This document shows, piece by piece, positions 1-12,789 of a stretch of 64,000 nt of DNA. The DNA comes from Harriotta raleighana (Eukaryota). The position numbers and the translations under genes were made by a program. Where the stretch lies: NCBI GenBank assembly GCA_050575255.1, contig JBNZDD010013632.1:1270905-1334904 (forward strand), read 5' to 3'. Position 1 is the stretch's first letter. Every line of letters begins with the position of its first letter. The notes under the pieces are model-generated. The model saw only the letters and a list, made by a program, of their open reading frames with translations. It made no database searches and was not told the origin of the DNA.

Positions 1-1333
1 AACCACAAACAGGCCTCAGCAATTAATTTTATTGCTGCAAGGTATCTTCTAATATTTAAAAATGTTAACATTTTAATGATGCTCAATTTGATACGAATGC
101 TGGTAGTCGGTGATTTGTGTAGATTTTCAGTTTGTACCGTTATAAATGTGTGTATTAAATTCTATCACAGTCTCCCAGCTGTTCTCACAGATAATAAGAC
201 GGCTGTTTTGCTATTGGTACCCAAGTAGCAGTAACTGAGGACAAAACAGCTTTGGTGTCAAAACTGGCGAACAAAGGGCTAATGAGTTTGAGGTAAATCT
301 TGTCAATGAATTGCCATAGTATTTTCTGAAAAAGGCTGGTGGTGGCACTATTTGAAAATGGGTCATGTTGCAGATTTTGTTTGTAGATGTACTTTGTTAG
401 AAGAATGTAATCTCCCATCATTCCTGGCAAAGAGTAAGAATGCCACAATTTCCTTCTTCACAACAGTTCTTCGTCTCACTGAATATGAACCTGGGCATCT
501 GACTGTGACTTATGGATTCCTTTGTGTTAATGGTACTGCAATGCAGTCGTCTTCCTGCTTTTAATTTCATGTTTCATCGGGTATATCTTCATTTAAATGT
601 GTTCAAAGAGAGGATTTTGCAGTATGTTATTGAAGCAATTACCATGCAATGATATCCCTGATTGGGATACTTTTATAGTCATGCAATAATGGATCTGTGT
701 AAACTGTTACACTTATGAGCTATATTGGAGCCATCAGGCTTGGGAATAAGCAATGTTAAGATGACGCACGGTAGGTTTTTTTCTGACGAGTCATCAACAC
801 AGTGTGAGGCCATTGTGCAATCTAATGGGCTTTCATTGCTGCATATTAAATGCAATGAATTATTTTCATCGCAAAATAATGAAGTGAACTCACCAGAAAT
901 AATGAAAGAATAGTAAAGGGTTATAGTGAACAGGAAAGTGAGCTGCCAATTTGGGACCAGTGAAATTTCCCTTTACAGCAATGAAGAATATTTTATTAAC
1001 TGTTAATGTTAATAACAGTGAATGTTTTTAGGACTGTTACTGTTGCAAATGCATTTACCCAGGAATTGTTCGTTTTGGATGAAATAATCCTGCTACCCAT
1101 AATCTTACTGTTTACTGCAAATAGAAAGCCAGCATTAAGGTTACTTTGACGTAATAAAACTGAAACATCCAATTTCTACCCATAATTGAATGCAGTGGTG
1201 ATAGGTTATGACAGAAAATAAATTAACTAATAGTACTAAAAAGATAAACAATATAAATTAATAAGTAGCTGGTTCCTATTACAGAGAAAAACTGAATTTC
1301 CAGTGTCAGATCCAGTTCAATTTCAGTGTGCAA

Positions 1334-1826
1334 CAGGGACGTGCAGTCAGGGTAGGCAGGGTGGCAGGGCTTACCTTATGAACATTAAAACTTTAAATTG
1401 TGTATGATTATTTAATGGTTTATATTTTTACAATGCACATTTTACATAATGCAAATGATTTTTGGTAGAAACTACCAAAATTATTTAACTGCGATTTTAT
1501 ATGCCTATCATAAAAACAACAGAAAAGCAGCGAGACGCCGTGCCTTTTTTATCCATTGAGTTGAATTTAGTTCCGATGCGCATGCGCATTCCTTTCTCAT
1601 TGTCTCAGTAACAGGTGAAAGAGGCACAAGCCACCACTGCCTTTCCTCTTTCTACCAATTGCAATCAGATCACATTGAAATGCCATCTCCACGCATGCAT
1701 ATTTGCGGAAAAAATGACTGGGAAAAAGGCAGAGTCTGCTACTGCCTTTGGGGGCGTGGCTTTATGACGACGTCAAGCTACGTCCCCAAAACTTAGTATG
1801 GTCATTTTACCAACAGCATGTCACTG
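1334..1826. mobile_element. Non-autonomous hAT-superfamily DNA transposon (MITE)
   Basis: Perfect 8-bp direct repeat GTGTGCAA at 1326-1333 and 1827-1834. Imperfect 11-bp TIRs CAGGGACGTGC / GCATGTCACTG (9 of 11 complementary). An 8-bp TSD with CAG-starting TIRs is typical of hAT elements. No transposase ORF. Confidence 0.8.
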
Positions 1827-2199
1827 GTGTGCAACAGGGCAAACTGAACTAATCTTACCCACTGGACATTCGCAATCACTTTTAGCCATGTTAATGGTTG
1901 CCAGCAACAGAGGTGGAATGCTTCTTTTGGCAACCCATCCCCTGGAGCAAGCAGAGGGAGCAGTGAAGAAGGAGAATCTGGAAGAGGAGGCAATGTTGTT
2001 TCAACATAATTTAGTGACAAAGAATCAACTATTCAGAATTGGCACAACTGCAATTTCATTCCTGCCTTGGCAGGAATACCACTGCCGACCCATGCCACGA
2101 ATTGTAATCTTGTTTTAAACATTGCAAATCTGCTGTTAATGAGGGATTTTTTTTTTGCGGACATTACCCTCAGGCTTTTAGTTTCACCAGGTAAGCATT

Positions 2200-2270
2200 G
2201 AACAACGTCAACGCAATTACATTTGTATAGCGCCTTCCACGCTGCGAGCACATCCTAAGGTGCTGGGACA
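2200..2270 (-). mobile_element. L2-type 3' tail fragment
   Basis: Reverse of the ...GAAGGCGCTATACAAATGTAATT-(GTT)n-like tail seen on the larger L2 copy ending at about 41050. Confidence 0.6.
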
Positions 2271-4324
2271 AAGGTTCTGAAGAATTGTCGGATATCCATT
2301 GTCTTTGTCATTACTGTCCGATACAACAGAAAGCAACAAGAGGGAACAAGAGGGAGAAAGTTTGGGATTTCAAAAGGCGATATCTTTGTCCGGATTGTTT
2401 GGTTAGCCAAGTAACTGACACACGCGGAAACTCATCAACTTACTTAAAGAGTATCCAAGCAAAATTAAGTTCTACACACTCTGGGAAACCTCTCACCATT
2501 GTACGCTGAGTGCACTCCAGAATAAGGCAAGCATTGTGTGTCCCTCCAGGGCGAGAGTGCACATTCTATTCCAGACACATAGAGACTTTCATGTGTTGGT
2601 GGTATGCATATGTACGATTCTCATTCTGATGTGCTGTGATGTGTGTCCAGCTGTATGGAAAACAAGTAAGGAATTGTTATAAATAAAACATATAGCAGGC
2701 AGATAGAACAGGGAAAGCTGGCTGCAATCTGTTTAACAATTTCCCGTTCACTGCCAGTTGGAGTAGAGCAGTAGTCCAACACTTGCATCTAACTTTATAA
2801 CCCTAAGCAGTGTTATTCTAATGTCCTTCACTCTGCCTCTGTCTCCCCTTTTCAGGGAGCAATACAAATAAACCAAACGGTTAGATAACCCTTCTTTACT
2901 CTAAAATATACAACAAAACAAGGAAGAAATATAACTGATTTTTTTTATGACAACTTGTTGGAAAGCCTGGCGGCAGCTCTAGAGGTGGGGCACTGTGGTT
3001 GCATTGCCAGAGGTCAGTACAGCTCCCAGTTTGGACTGTTTAACTTCAGTCTCCAGGCAAGCTTTCATGTCACGTACTATCTCCCTTATCATGAACTTTA
3101 ATTTAATTGCCAGGGGGAAGGTTCTATGTGGATACTCCTCGATCCCCAAAGGTCACCAAGCAAATGCTCCAGAATACATATCCTTCCCCATCTACACTAT
3201 CCGACCTGGCCTTGTGCCATAGACCATCACAGTGTCCCCATTATAATGTTATAAGTTCAGGAGCAGCATTGTGGAGGCAAAAGCTATTGATTGTAAAACT
3301 GTGTATAAGCACAGCCCGTGCAAGATAAGTCATGCTTTAAGTTACACTCAATGGAAGTTCTAGGAGGATTTAAATCTATCATCAATCTGAATGTATCATA
3401 TGGAAACCGTGATAGATTCACCCAATCATAAACTGAAGAGGAATTGATGGCCCTGCCTATTCTTTGGCAAGCGCACAAGAAACTACAAACTGGAAAATCT
3501 GCTCAGAGGCGGAAAATCTGCTCGAAGGCTTTTTTCACCACAAAGGTGTTACTTGACACAGCCTTTTTTCAGGTTAAAGCTGTTGTTGGAGGCACTGTGT
3601 TCAATGAAGCAATTAGCAAAAACATTGTTACATGTTTGGAAACATACAAAAGCAATAACGTCAGTCATCTCAAAATGATTCCCTGAGTCACTTGCGTAAA
3701 ATGCCACTGGGATGAAAGTGCTGCAAGGGTCAGTTTGTTTTTCCTCCCCTTTTCTCTTCCTATTCATGTCCTGAAAGCACTACTTTATGCTTGGTTACAG
3801 AAACAATGATGGGAGTGTGAGGTAGGGGAGGGGTGAAAGATACACTCTGGGCCACTCTATGATACATTCCTCGCAAACCAGATGATCATTTACTGAGTTC
3901 CTGGGAAGAGGTGTAAAGAGATGAGAGGAAGAAGAAGAACAACAACAAAATTACGTTTGTGTTGTGCCTTTCACGTTGGGAGGATGTGAAACACACAAGA
4001 ACAATGTGTTGTGGAAAATTACTTCCTATATCATGGACAAATCTACCAAAGCTATTTAATCATAGTGGTTCTTGAAATCAAACAAATGGAGGGGATACCT
4101 AAATATCTGGAGCAGATAAATGCAGTTTTATTGCATTGTATATTTTGGAATAAATCAAGGGCAGTAAGAGGCTTTGTCTACTTCCAATGTTAACAATTAC
4201 CCTTTTACACTGTAATTGATTGTAGAGCACTTGAGAATCTGTCTTGTTTTTGCAGAGCTGGGCCTCTGAATAAGGTTTAATTGGACATTTTCTTACACAG
4301 GAAGGCATGTTGTTTGTGCATTTA

Positions 4325-4533
4325 GGTTGACCTAATCCCTCAAAAAAAAACACAATAATAAAATTGGTCATTTCAATCCATGACTGTTTGTGGGACACTG
4401 CTGTGCGCAATTGGCTGCCGCGTTCCTCCCACAAATATATAATCAATTCACTTTACAGTATATTCTGTGAAGTGCTTTCGGACGTTGATAAGATGTGAAA
4501 AGCGCTATATCAAATGCAAGGATTATTATTATT
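4325..4533 (+). mobile_element. SINE (L2-tail family), 5'-truncated
   Basis: Contains the family core GACTGTTTGTGGGACACTGCTGTGCGCAATTGGCTGCCGC and the tail GTGAAAAGCGCTATATCAAATGCAAGG(ATT)n, both repeated many times in the window. Confidence 0.85.
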
Positions 4534-4844
4534 ATCTGATCACTAAACTAGTCTAATAATTATTATCGTTCCTTAACCTATTCTTTAACACCCCGCCCCA
4601 GACTCAGTGTTAGTACCACAACCTTCAGTGATCTCAGAGTACAGCTATTATGTTTTACATTTAATGATGTGTTGTTACTGTAGTAATCTTGCTCAGGAGG
4701 TCTGTGTGTGCATTAGAAGGAGGCGAATGAGGGATATTTGATGCTGGTATGTGTAAATTATATATAAACAAGTCTGTTGTCTCTGCCATGTCTGTGTTTA
4801 AAACTGAATGGATTTTTTTTCAGTATACTGTACTATTGATAAAG

Positions 4845-5196
4845 AATATAAGAATAAGAATAATGCATTTGAAAATTGCCTTATCACATTATCTCAAAGG
4901 ACTGTACAGAGTATATTGTAAAGTGAATTGACTGCATTCAGAAACATGCAACAAATTGAATATCTCATCAGTGCCTCACAAACAGTGATGAATTGAATGA
5001 CCATTTAAAAAAAAATGTCAGGGATTATTGGCCCTGGATAGTGATCGACTAACAGCCAGGTTCCTACTTACTGCTAGGTAAACAGTTTTATGGAGCAAGA
5101 AAACTTGCCTAAGGTTTCGCCCCACCCGAGAATTCATTGCTGGTTCTTTCGCTGTGAAGCAAGCGCTCTAACCACACTACACTACGGGACTCCACA
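4845..5196 (-). mobile_element. tRNA-derived SINE, decayed or composite
   Basis: The minus strand starts GTGGAGTCCCGTAG...GGTTAGAGC (A-box-like), the same head as at 16240, 50746 and 53202, and ends in a degenerate SINE tail. Confidence 0.7.
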
Positions 5197-7444
5197 AATA
5201 TTCAGGGAGAAGAAGATCCAAAGGAAAGGAGAGTAAAAGGGAAGGATGGCAAGTAGTATTGAAAATAGTGTCAAGAACTTAGAGATGTCTCTCCGACGTG
5301 AAAGGTGCTGTACAATTGCCGAATATCTCACACCATAAGCGCATAGGGCAAGTAAAAAGCCTCCTCTAAGTAATTCTCTCAAAGTATTAAAAAAACTTCT
5401 ACAATATGTTAAAAGGAAGAAATCATTCATATTTACTGGAATCATTTGTATACTAACCACCATGGTTAAATTCCTGTGCCAGTAATGTTATTTCCAGTTC
5501 CAGTGCTATGGCTATTTTCATATGAATCATACTTGCTGCAATTACAAGTAGGGTTGAATTGGACCCCAAATTTAATATATTCAGGAGACATGAATAAAAT
5601 ATAATTCAAACCATTAAGGGTTGAACTTTATTAAAATAAGCCAAGCTCCTATTTTCTGCAAGAGTTTGTGTGTTTGTGTCTGCATGTGTTAAACAAGTCC
5701 AATAAATGTCACAATTGACTTAAGGTTCAATGCATCATCTACTGTTAAGACTAATGAATAGTCACAAATCTCCCATAGGTATTCTGCTAAATATATACAA
5801 CTACAGTGATTTATAGAACTGTGGAGATTTATTACCATGGGCTATAGTGAAATCTAAGCTACCTTTTATAGGCCTGAGACTTCACACAGTCTTTGCCTGA
5901 AAGACCATTTTGACTTACAAATTCTCGGAGACTAGGACAAGAGGGGGCTCAACTACCCACCACCTCAATCTACTTGCAGATTGAGAGCCATCGCTTAGTC
6001 TTCCGATAGCCATACATCAGTCTTATAGGCATTTCCTCATCACTATTAGTCGGGGCTCTTCCGCTCTGGGACAGGTGACCTCCGCCCATTTTTCCATGAA
6101 AATCCTGAGCCATTTTGAGGACACAGACCACCAATGGCGGGTGGAAAGCATAAAATATTTGCCTGTCGAGTTTTAGGATATTTTATGACTTGTGCTACTT
6201 TGTTGATTCCAATTTAAATGGTCACAAGCTTTCTCACCATTAAAAGCTTAGGTGCAGAACTGATTTGGTTAATAGGTTCACAAATAGAAAGTGAAAACAA
6301 ATGGTATTTTGACACCACTGCATAAAACTCAGTTAGTGGTTCATTTGGGGGTTGTGAAAGTAAGGGGGGGAGGGAAATTGCTGTTGTTTCACAATGCATT
6401 CAATATGATTATTATGACATTTGAGACTCTTCTGAGCTACATGGATGAGGTTTGTTGTTTGCTGTGTAGAAAACAGATTGATAATGGATAATGATAATTT
6501 TCACATAGTGGGCCAAGAATGACACTGTGCACACAGCCTACAAGTATAGTTACTACAGTTTACAGTGAATCCTGTGAAGTAGTTGAGCCATCAGCATGAC
6601 AAGATAAATGTCTTCTGATCTGAGATTTTTTTTATTTCAGCTCCCGTATCTGTTGCTAGATTGACATTGAACGTAGAAGGCTTCTTCTCTCTGAAACGTG
6701 GATTACATGTTAGTTTGTTTTTTTTGCACACCACTTTCACTCTCATTAACAAAGGTCAAGTGAGTTATTTCTAGTAGTTAAATTATTTAATTTGCATTAT
6801 TATGCTTTTTTTCATTGGGTGGCTTAACTCAGTGTTGGCAATAAATCACCGTGACAAAATGTCAAACTAATGGAGCTTTTAGTTACGGGCAAAAGGCTGT
6901 TTATGCTTTCAACGAGCAAGATTTTAGCGTATTATTTTGGTCATCAATGTGCCACATGTTAGCTAGTCAGCATCGGTATCCCGTTGAAGTAAACTTAGGA
7001 GATGATGAAAAATATTTTTTTTACAAAGAGATAATAGAAAGAAAAGAGTGAGTAACAAGCTTTACCATTTCATTTTGAAAATCCTAGTCATCTACTTGGT
7101 GCAGATCATTGGGGTCATTTGTGAACATTTTGGTTCCATTACTGCGGGAGCTTAGACAATTACAGCCTGAGAATTCTGACAGCACCTGAAATGCTCTAAC
7201 AGGAACTGTGCATTAGTGTTACAAATTCATGAGTGATCAATGTTTAACACAACACTTTTATTGTTCTGTGCCATATTAAAAATACATATTTTACACACAT
7301 CAAAGTAAACCTAACTGGGGCAGAGACACGTCATTCATTCACTAACTTCTACGGTTTGCAAAGTTTTCTTTTATTATCAGGCACATCCTTGCTCTTGCCT
7401 TTCTGCCATATTTGTAACACAGTGTCAATGCCACTAGCAAATAT

Positions 7445-7620
7445 AATAATAAATAATAATCCTTGCATTTGATTTAGCGCTTTTCACATCTTATCGACGT
7501 CCCAATGCTCTTCACAGAATATACTGTGAAGTGAATTGACTGTATAATTGTGGGTGGAACGTGGCAGCCAATTGCGCACAGCAGTGTCCCACAAATGGAT
7601 TGAAATGACCAATTTTATTA
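7445..7620 (-). mobile_element. SINE (L2-tail family), 3' part
   Basis: Reverse-complement match to the 4325-4533 copy, covering both core and tail. Confidence 0.85.
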
Positions 7621-7712
7621 AGTGGAGAAATACCTGACGCATACAACTTAAGGTTGGCTGAATGCAACAAATTGCTGTACATGTTGGAAAGAATTATGCT
7701 TCTTATGTTATG

Positions 7713-8325
7713 CTTTCTGACCTATCATCAACTCTGCTCATACATGCATTCAAAACATCCAAGGTTGACTATACAAACCCCTTGCTTGTCGGCCTTCCCA
7801 ACTTCTCCCTCTATAGGTTGCCGATCATCTAGAACCACGCAACTCATGTTCTCTTCTGCAATAGGTTCCATGATCATATCATCCCCATCCTCGCCTAAAT
7901 CCACTTGCTTCCCATCACACAGAGAATATAGTTCAAGATCCTGGTCCCCACCTTCAAAGCCATCCATGGCTTCGCTCCTCCTACCTCTGTGACCTCCTAA
8001 CCCCCTACCAACCTGTCTGCTCCCTCCACTCAGCAGATTCTAGCCTGTTTCATATCCCCCACCTTGCCACCCCACCTTTGGTCCTTCAACCATTTTAACC
8101 CCACCATCTGAAACTCCTGCAGACCCTTTGCCTCGCCTCATTGCAAGTATTCTTCAAGACCCATCTCAAGGGCCTCCCCTTTGACCGTGGTTTCAATCAA
8201 CCTCCTTCTGCCTCTGCCCTCCACACTCCGCTATCCCTACTCCTAGGTCTGATGTGGAGTACTGTCTGTCCAGCGCCTTGGGACTTGAAAGGTGCGATAT
8301 AAATGTAATTTTATTGTTGTTGTTG
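7713..8325 (+). mobile_element. L2 LINE 3' fragment (decayed ORF2 C-terminus and 3' UTR)
   Basis: Homologous to 40100-41050 (TTCAAGATCCTGGTCCCCACCTTCAAAGCCATCCATGGC corresponds to the FKIL..TFKAIHG motif). Ends in a (GTT)n tail. Confidence 0.85.
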
Positions 8326-9171
8326 CTCAACATGATCACTTCTACTGCACTCTGCCCTCATTCTGTTTAATCCATATTAAATCAATATCTTATTATCAAG
8401 AGATTCGTCTTTCTGAATAGCTGTGTGAGGTATTTTTTAAGATGTGTATACAAGCCGTTGAGGACAAACTGATGGAAGTCAATGGCTTTGAGCATCACTA
8501 AGACCAACAAACAATACATGTCATTCACTGTTTCCTGACAGATACTAAGAGGACACAAACTCATTCTGTTGCAAGCATCACAATATAGCACGCTTCCAAG
8601 AGATGGTGCACAGTGTATCCGAAGCACCTTTAAATTTTGCTTAATTTCTGTGTAATTCATACACAATCAAGAACTTGGTAAGGTATTCCATTTAATACAC
8701 AAAGGTAATGCGTAATCAAAGTTTGTTTTACTCTGGTGCTTTTTAAAATGATCGGCGATATATAAGAATAATAAAGAAAAATAATAGAAAGGAAAAAGTG
8801 AGGATTACGTTTCCTTTACCAATTACCAATTCCCTTACCTGTGCCCACCATACAATAGAAATTGTATTTTCTATGATATCAATTGGCAACGTACATTAAA
8901 GTGCTATTACTTACAAGTTTTTCCTTTATATTCTTTTCAATAAAAACACATGATTTAATTTTACTCACTCATATTCTCATTTTCACATAATATTAATGTC
9001 TAGACTTCTCAGTTTAGTTGTCAACAACTTGAACAAATTCCATTGAAATGAACAGGAACAGACTGTCAGCATTGATATTATTAATATTTCTGTAGCAATA
9101 GTTTCCTAAATGTCACTCCAATGACTACAATTTGCATATCCTTTTCTCTATTATATGTGGGCGATAAATGG

Positions 9172-9850
9172 AATCATAGAATCATAGAATCTTACGGTAC
9201 AAAAGGAGGCCATTTGGCCCATCGAATCTGTGCCGGCTCTTTAAAAGAGCAATTTAATCCCACTCCCCAGCTCTCTCTCCATAACCTCGCAAACCCGTCC
9301 TCCCCAAATAAATGTCTACCTCTTTTTTAAAATTGTTATCAAATCGGCCTCCACTACCTTTTCAGGCAATGTATTCCAGATTCGAACAACTCACTGAGTG
9401 AAAAAAATTCTCCTCTGCTTCTTTTTGAAACTATTANCCTTTTCAGGCAATGTATTCCAGATTCGAACAACTCACCGAGTGAAAAAAATTATCCTCTGCT
9501 TCTTTTTGAAACTATTTTATATCTGTGCCCACCAGTGGAAACAGTTTTTCCCTATCTACTCTGTAGAATCCCCTCATGACCTTAAAAACCTCTATTAGGT
9601 CTCCTCACAACTTTCTCTGTTCTAATGAAAATAAACCTAGCCTTTCCTCATAGCTGAAGTCCCTCATTCCTGGTACCATCCTAGTAAATCTCCTCTGCAT
9701 CCTTTCCAATGCCTTAACATCCTTCCTAAAGTGTAGTGACCAGAATTGTACATAGTATTCCAGCTGAGGCCTAACCAAAGTTTTATAGAATTTAGTCAGA
9801 ACTTCCTGACTTTTGTACTCTATGCCCCTATTTATAAAGCTTAGTAGGAA
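9172..9850 (-). mobile_element. CR1 LINE 3' fragment
   Basis: ORF 9605-9997(-) reads GIEYKSQEVLTKFYKTLVRPQLEYYVQFWSLHFRKDVKALERMQRRFTRMVPGMRDFSYEERL, a typical CR1 ORF2 C-terminus. The terminal repeat (ATTCTATG)n lies at 9172-9190 on the minus strand. Confidence 0.92.
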
Positions 9851-10189
9851 AAAGTTTTTATTTATCCATGTGTTTGTAAAATACTGGCAAGGNTTGTACT
9901 CTATGCCCCTATTTATAAAGCTTAGTAGGAAAAAGTTTTTATTTATCCATGTGTTTGTAAGATACTGGCAAGGATTCAACTTATTGCTGCTCTTCATGTC
10001 CTTTCACACTGTTCCTTCATCTTGAACCAACAATGTAATTCACTTGTTCAAGCTGCACTCATTTTAGCCATCTGACTCAGGTCTGCATTCAGCTTGCTTT
10101 CCTTCAGCCTCTGGATCACACTTCCTCTCATATTAACTATCTAATTTTCCGCACTGTCTAACAGATTGGATCACCCAATCATTATTTCA

Positions 10190-10590
10190 TACCCTCCCTG
10201 GACTGTTCATTGAGAACTGCCAGTTTGACATCACCATGTCCATTTATTCAGCCTGTTCTTGCCTCACTGAACTGTTCTCCTCATGGCTGGACTCCATTTT
10301 TGCTCCTCTTGTCCACTCCCTAACAATCTACATTGGTGTCTCTTCTGATGCCTTTCATCACTTCAACAATTTCCAGTTTCCTGGTCCTGAACGTCTCCTA
10401 TTTCCAATGGATGTTCGGTCCTTCTACACCTCTATCCCCACAAAAAAGGCCTGCAGGCCCTCCATTTCCACCTCAAACAGCGGCCCAACCAGTCTTCATC
10501 CACCACCACCCTCCTCCCCATGGCTGAACTTGTTCTGACCTACTCAGATATAGTGTTTCCCAGCATCTGTAGTATTTTGCATTTTGATTA
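10190..10590 (+). mobile_element. Penelope-like element reverse transcriptase fragment (pseudogenised)
   Basis: Translation SACSCLTELFSSWLDSIFAPLVHSLTIYIGVSSDAFHHFNNFQFPGPERLLFPMDVRSFYTSIP matches the PLE RT pattern RPIVS..S.TE.LS..LD.IL.P.....PSY..DT......F.....L.TMDV.SLYTSIP. Confidence 0.82.
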
Positions 10591-10619
10591 ACTCATATCC
10601 CTTCAACCCCTTAAATTAT

Positions 10620-11080
10620 GCATTCAAAATTCGGAGGGGTTTTGATAAGAGTAGATACAGAAAAACTGTTTCCTCTAGTAGGTGTGTTGGTAATCAGAGG
10701 GCACAGATTTAAGATAATTGGCAAAGGAACCATAGGAGGAGAGGAGACATTTTATTACCCAGAGAGTTGTTATGGTCACTGCCTGAAAAGATCATGAAAG
10801 CAGATGTGAAAATATCTTTTGAAAGGCAATTAGATACAACAACAATAAAATTACATTTATTGAGCACCTTTCACATTGGGAGGACGTCCCAAGGCACTGA
10901 ACAGTCAGGAAGGGACCGAGCAAGGAAGAGGGGCAGGGCAGAGGGTAGGCGTGGGAGAGAGTTAGGAAGGGAGGAAGTACATAAAAAGCAAAAGTTTGCA
11001 GGGCTTTTGGTAAGAAAGAACCGGCACAGGCACGATGGGCTGGATGGCTTTCAACTGTGCTGTAAAATTCTACGATTGCT
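10620..11080 (+). mobile_element. CR1 LINE 3' end interrupted by an L2 tail
   Basis: Decayed FKI..GFD.VD.EKLFPL....RGHRFKI coding remnant, followed by the CR1 3' UTR GCACAGGCACGATGGGCTGGATGGC...ATTCTACGATT. A reverse L2 tail is inserted at about 10838-10975. Confidence 0.85.
10838..10975 (-). mobile_element. L2 3' tail insertion nested in CR1
   Basis: ACAACAACAATAAAATTACATTTATTGAGCACCTTTCACATTGGGAGGACGTCCCAAGGC is the reverse L2 tail; the flanking CR1 sequence resumes after it. Confidence 0.8.
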
Positions 11081-12549
11081 TGAACCTATCTTGTATTTAA
11101 CATCACCCTCATGCAGTACTTTGTCTCAGCTCACAAATTCTGAACAATATAGAAGGTGTTTTCCAAGCAACAGATTCACTTCCAACAGTGTGAAAGCAAT
11201 ATAAATCAGCTCAAATATTCTTTGCTATTCTGTTGAGATTGAAGGGTACCATATTGCATTGAAGACAATTTAGCCATTTTATACTTTAATATACTGTACC
11301 CTGTTTAGACAGTGTATACTTTGCTTTGGACTGTATATTCTTTCGTTTGGATATGTATATCCATTACAATGCATTGGCTGAGAAGTCACAACTGCATAAC
11401 TGATCTTAATACAGGTACTTTTGCAAAACACTATTCCAGATCAAATGCCACTTTAATAAATCATGCAGAGTTTATTACTAACTCAATATTATAAATTGTT
11501 TATTTATTAGATTAGTTATGAAAGATATGTCATTTAGTATTTTCCAATGCATATGTCAACTTTTCTACTTATTTAGTTCAATCTGTAAAATATTCAGCTG
11601 TTTGCACTCCTATTATGTATATATATAATATTCAAGTGATTTTACACTCAGGATTGGCTGTAAAATTGAAGCAGCTGTAATATGGAGTATTCTGTATCCC
11701 AGTAATTTATTTAAAACTACTCTTTTATGTTTATAATAACCATACAATTTAAGATCTACAACATGAAGCGTTACATTTATCCTGATGAGACTTAGATAAA
11801 CAAATGAATAAATAACATATTATCTTTGGTAAATTGAGAACATGCGGAGCGCAAAACAAATATAAACCATATTTTCCTTGTTGTCCTCGTTGAGTGCCTT
11901 ATTTTTTGTGTTTTTATACATACACTGTATTAAGCTTGATAGTGGAGATAGTTATCATTCTGCCCATTCTTTGACTTGTCATGCATTAGCAAGCTGTTCC
12001 ATCATGGGTGGAGAGGACGCAATTCCATCCATCATGCCCAATTTGAATCATGTCTAATTTATCTTTGTGCAATGTGTTGCTAACAGAGCTAATCTGACAC
12101 AGCAGTAATTCTATTATTACCACGTGGAGTCTCTCTGGAATTAAATAAGAATGAGTAACCAATGTCACTCCGAAACGTAACCACAATTGCATAGAGGAGT
12201 TCTATTTGTAGTCTACATTGATTTGTCCATTTTTGTGCCTCTGTTTAACCACTGTTGACCACTTTGATTTATGTTACCATGAGTAAACAAAGTTTGATTC
12301 TGGATCAAAACACCTTGTCTTTTGAACAATTTCAAAAAAATTATTTCTTTAGTTCTCTCATACTGAATTTAGCTTTTTTGCCATAAATGCTTTGAGAACT
12401 AATTAGTTAATCATAACGTTAATTTGGTATCAATCATAAATTTAGCTTCACTAATTTAACCACCAAAATAAACCTACATTATTTCATTATTGTTTCACTG
12501 TTTACTTCAATCTCTGCATGAAAATGAGGGGTGAATATTGACGACTGCA

Positions 12550-12775
12550 GATATGATAATACTGCTGCATTAATCCTTGCAGTTAATATAGTACTGTATC
12601 TTTTTGAAGCATCTCAAAACGTTTACAGGATTTGCTTGTAATAACTACAAATTTGTTTGTGAAAGCAGCAGATAATTTGTGCACAGTAGTGTTCCACAAA
12701 AACCATAAAGTTAATGAGCAATTTTATTTGGCGTGTTGTCAGCCAGAATACTGGGAGAAACTTCCTTCTCTTCTC
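12550..12775 (-). mobile_element. Old Deu-domain-type SINE 3' fragment
   Basis: Degenerate reverse match to the SINE tail and core (GCAGCAGATAATTTGTGCACAG...CCACAAA). Confidence 0.55.
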
Positions 12776-12789
12776 TTCTCTTCTCTTTT

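Noticed and set aside
191-293. AG...GT-bounded segment resembling an internal exon
   Set aside because: Stop codons occur in all three frames and there is no recognisable peptide.
2950-3080. Short matches reminiscent of LF-SINE (CTAGAGGTGG, ACTTCAGTCTCCAGG)
   Set aside because: The matches are too short and their spacing is inconsistent; unsupported without an HMM search.
3492-3524. GGAAAATCTGCTC repeated twice
   Set aside because: Ordinary small tandem duplication; only two units.
4380-4425. Recurring 40-45-bp motif that could be mistaken for a CRISPR-like repeat
   Set aside because: Copies are dispersed, lie on both strands and are embedded in longer SINE homology. There is no regular spacer array and no cas genes.
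7728-7967. Acidic, protein-looking 79-aa ORF on the minus strand
   Set aside because: It is the antisense reading of an L2 fragment.
8542-8606. Possible exon ILRGHKLILLQASQY with faint BTB-domain resemblance
   Set aside because: Too short, weak donor site and no partner exons; probably chance.
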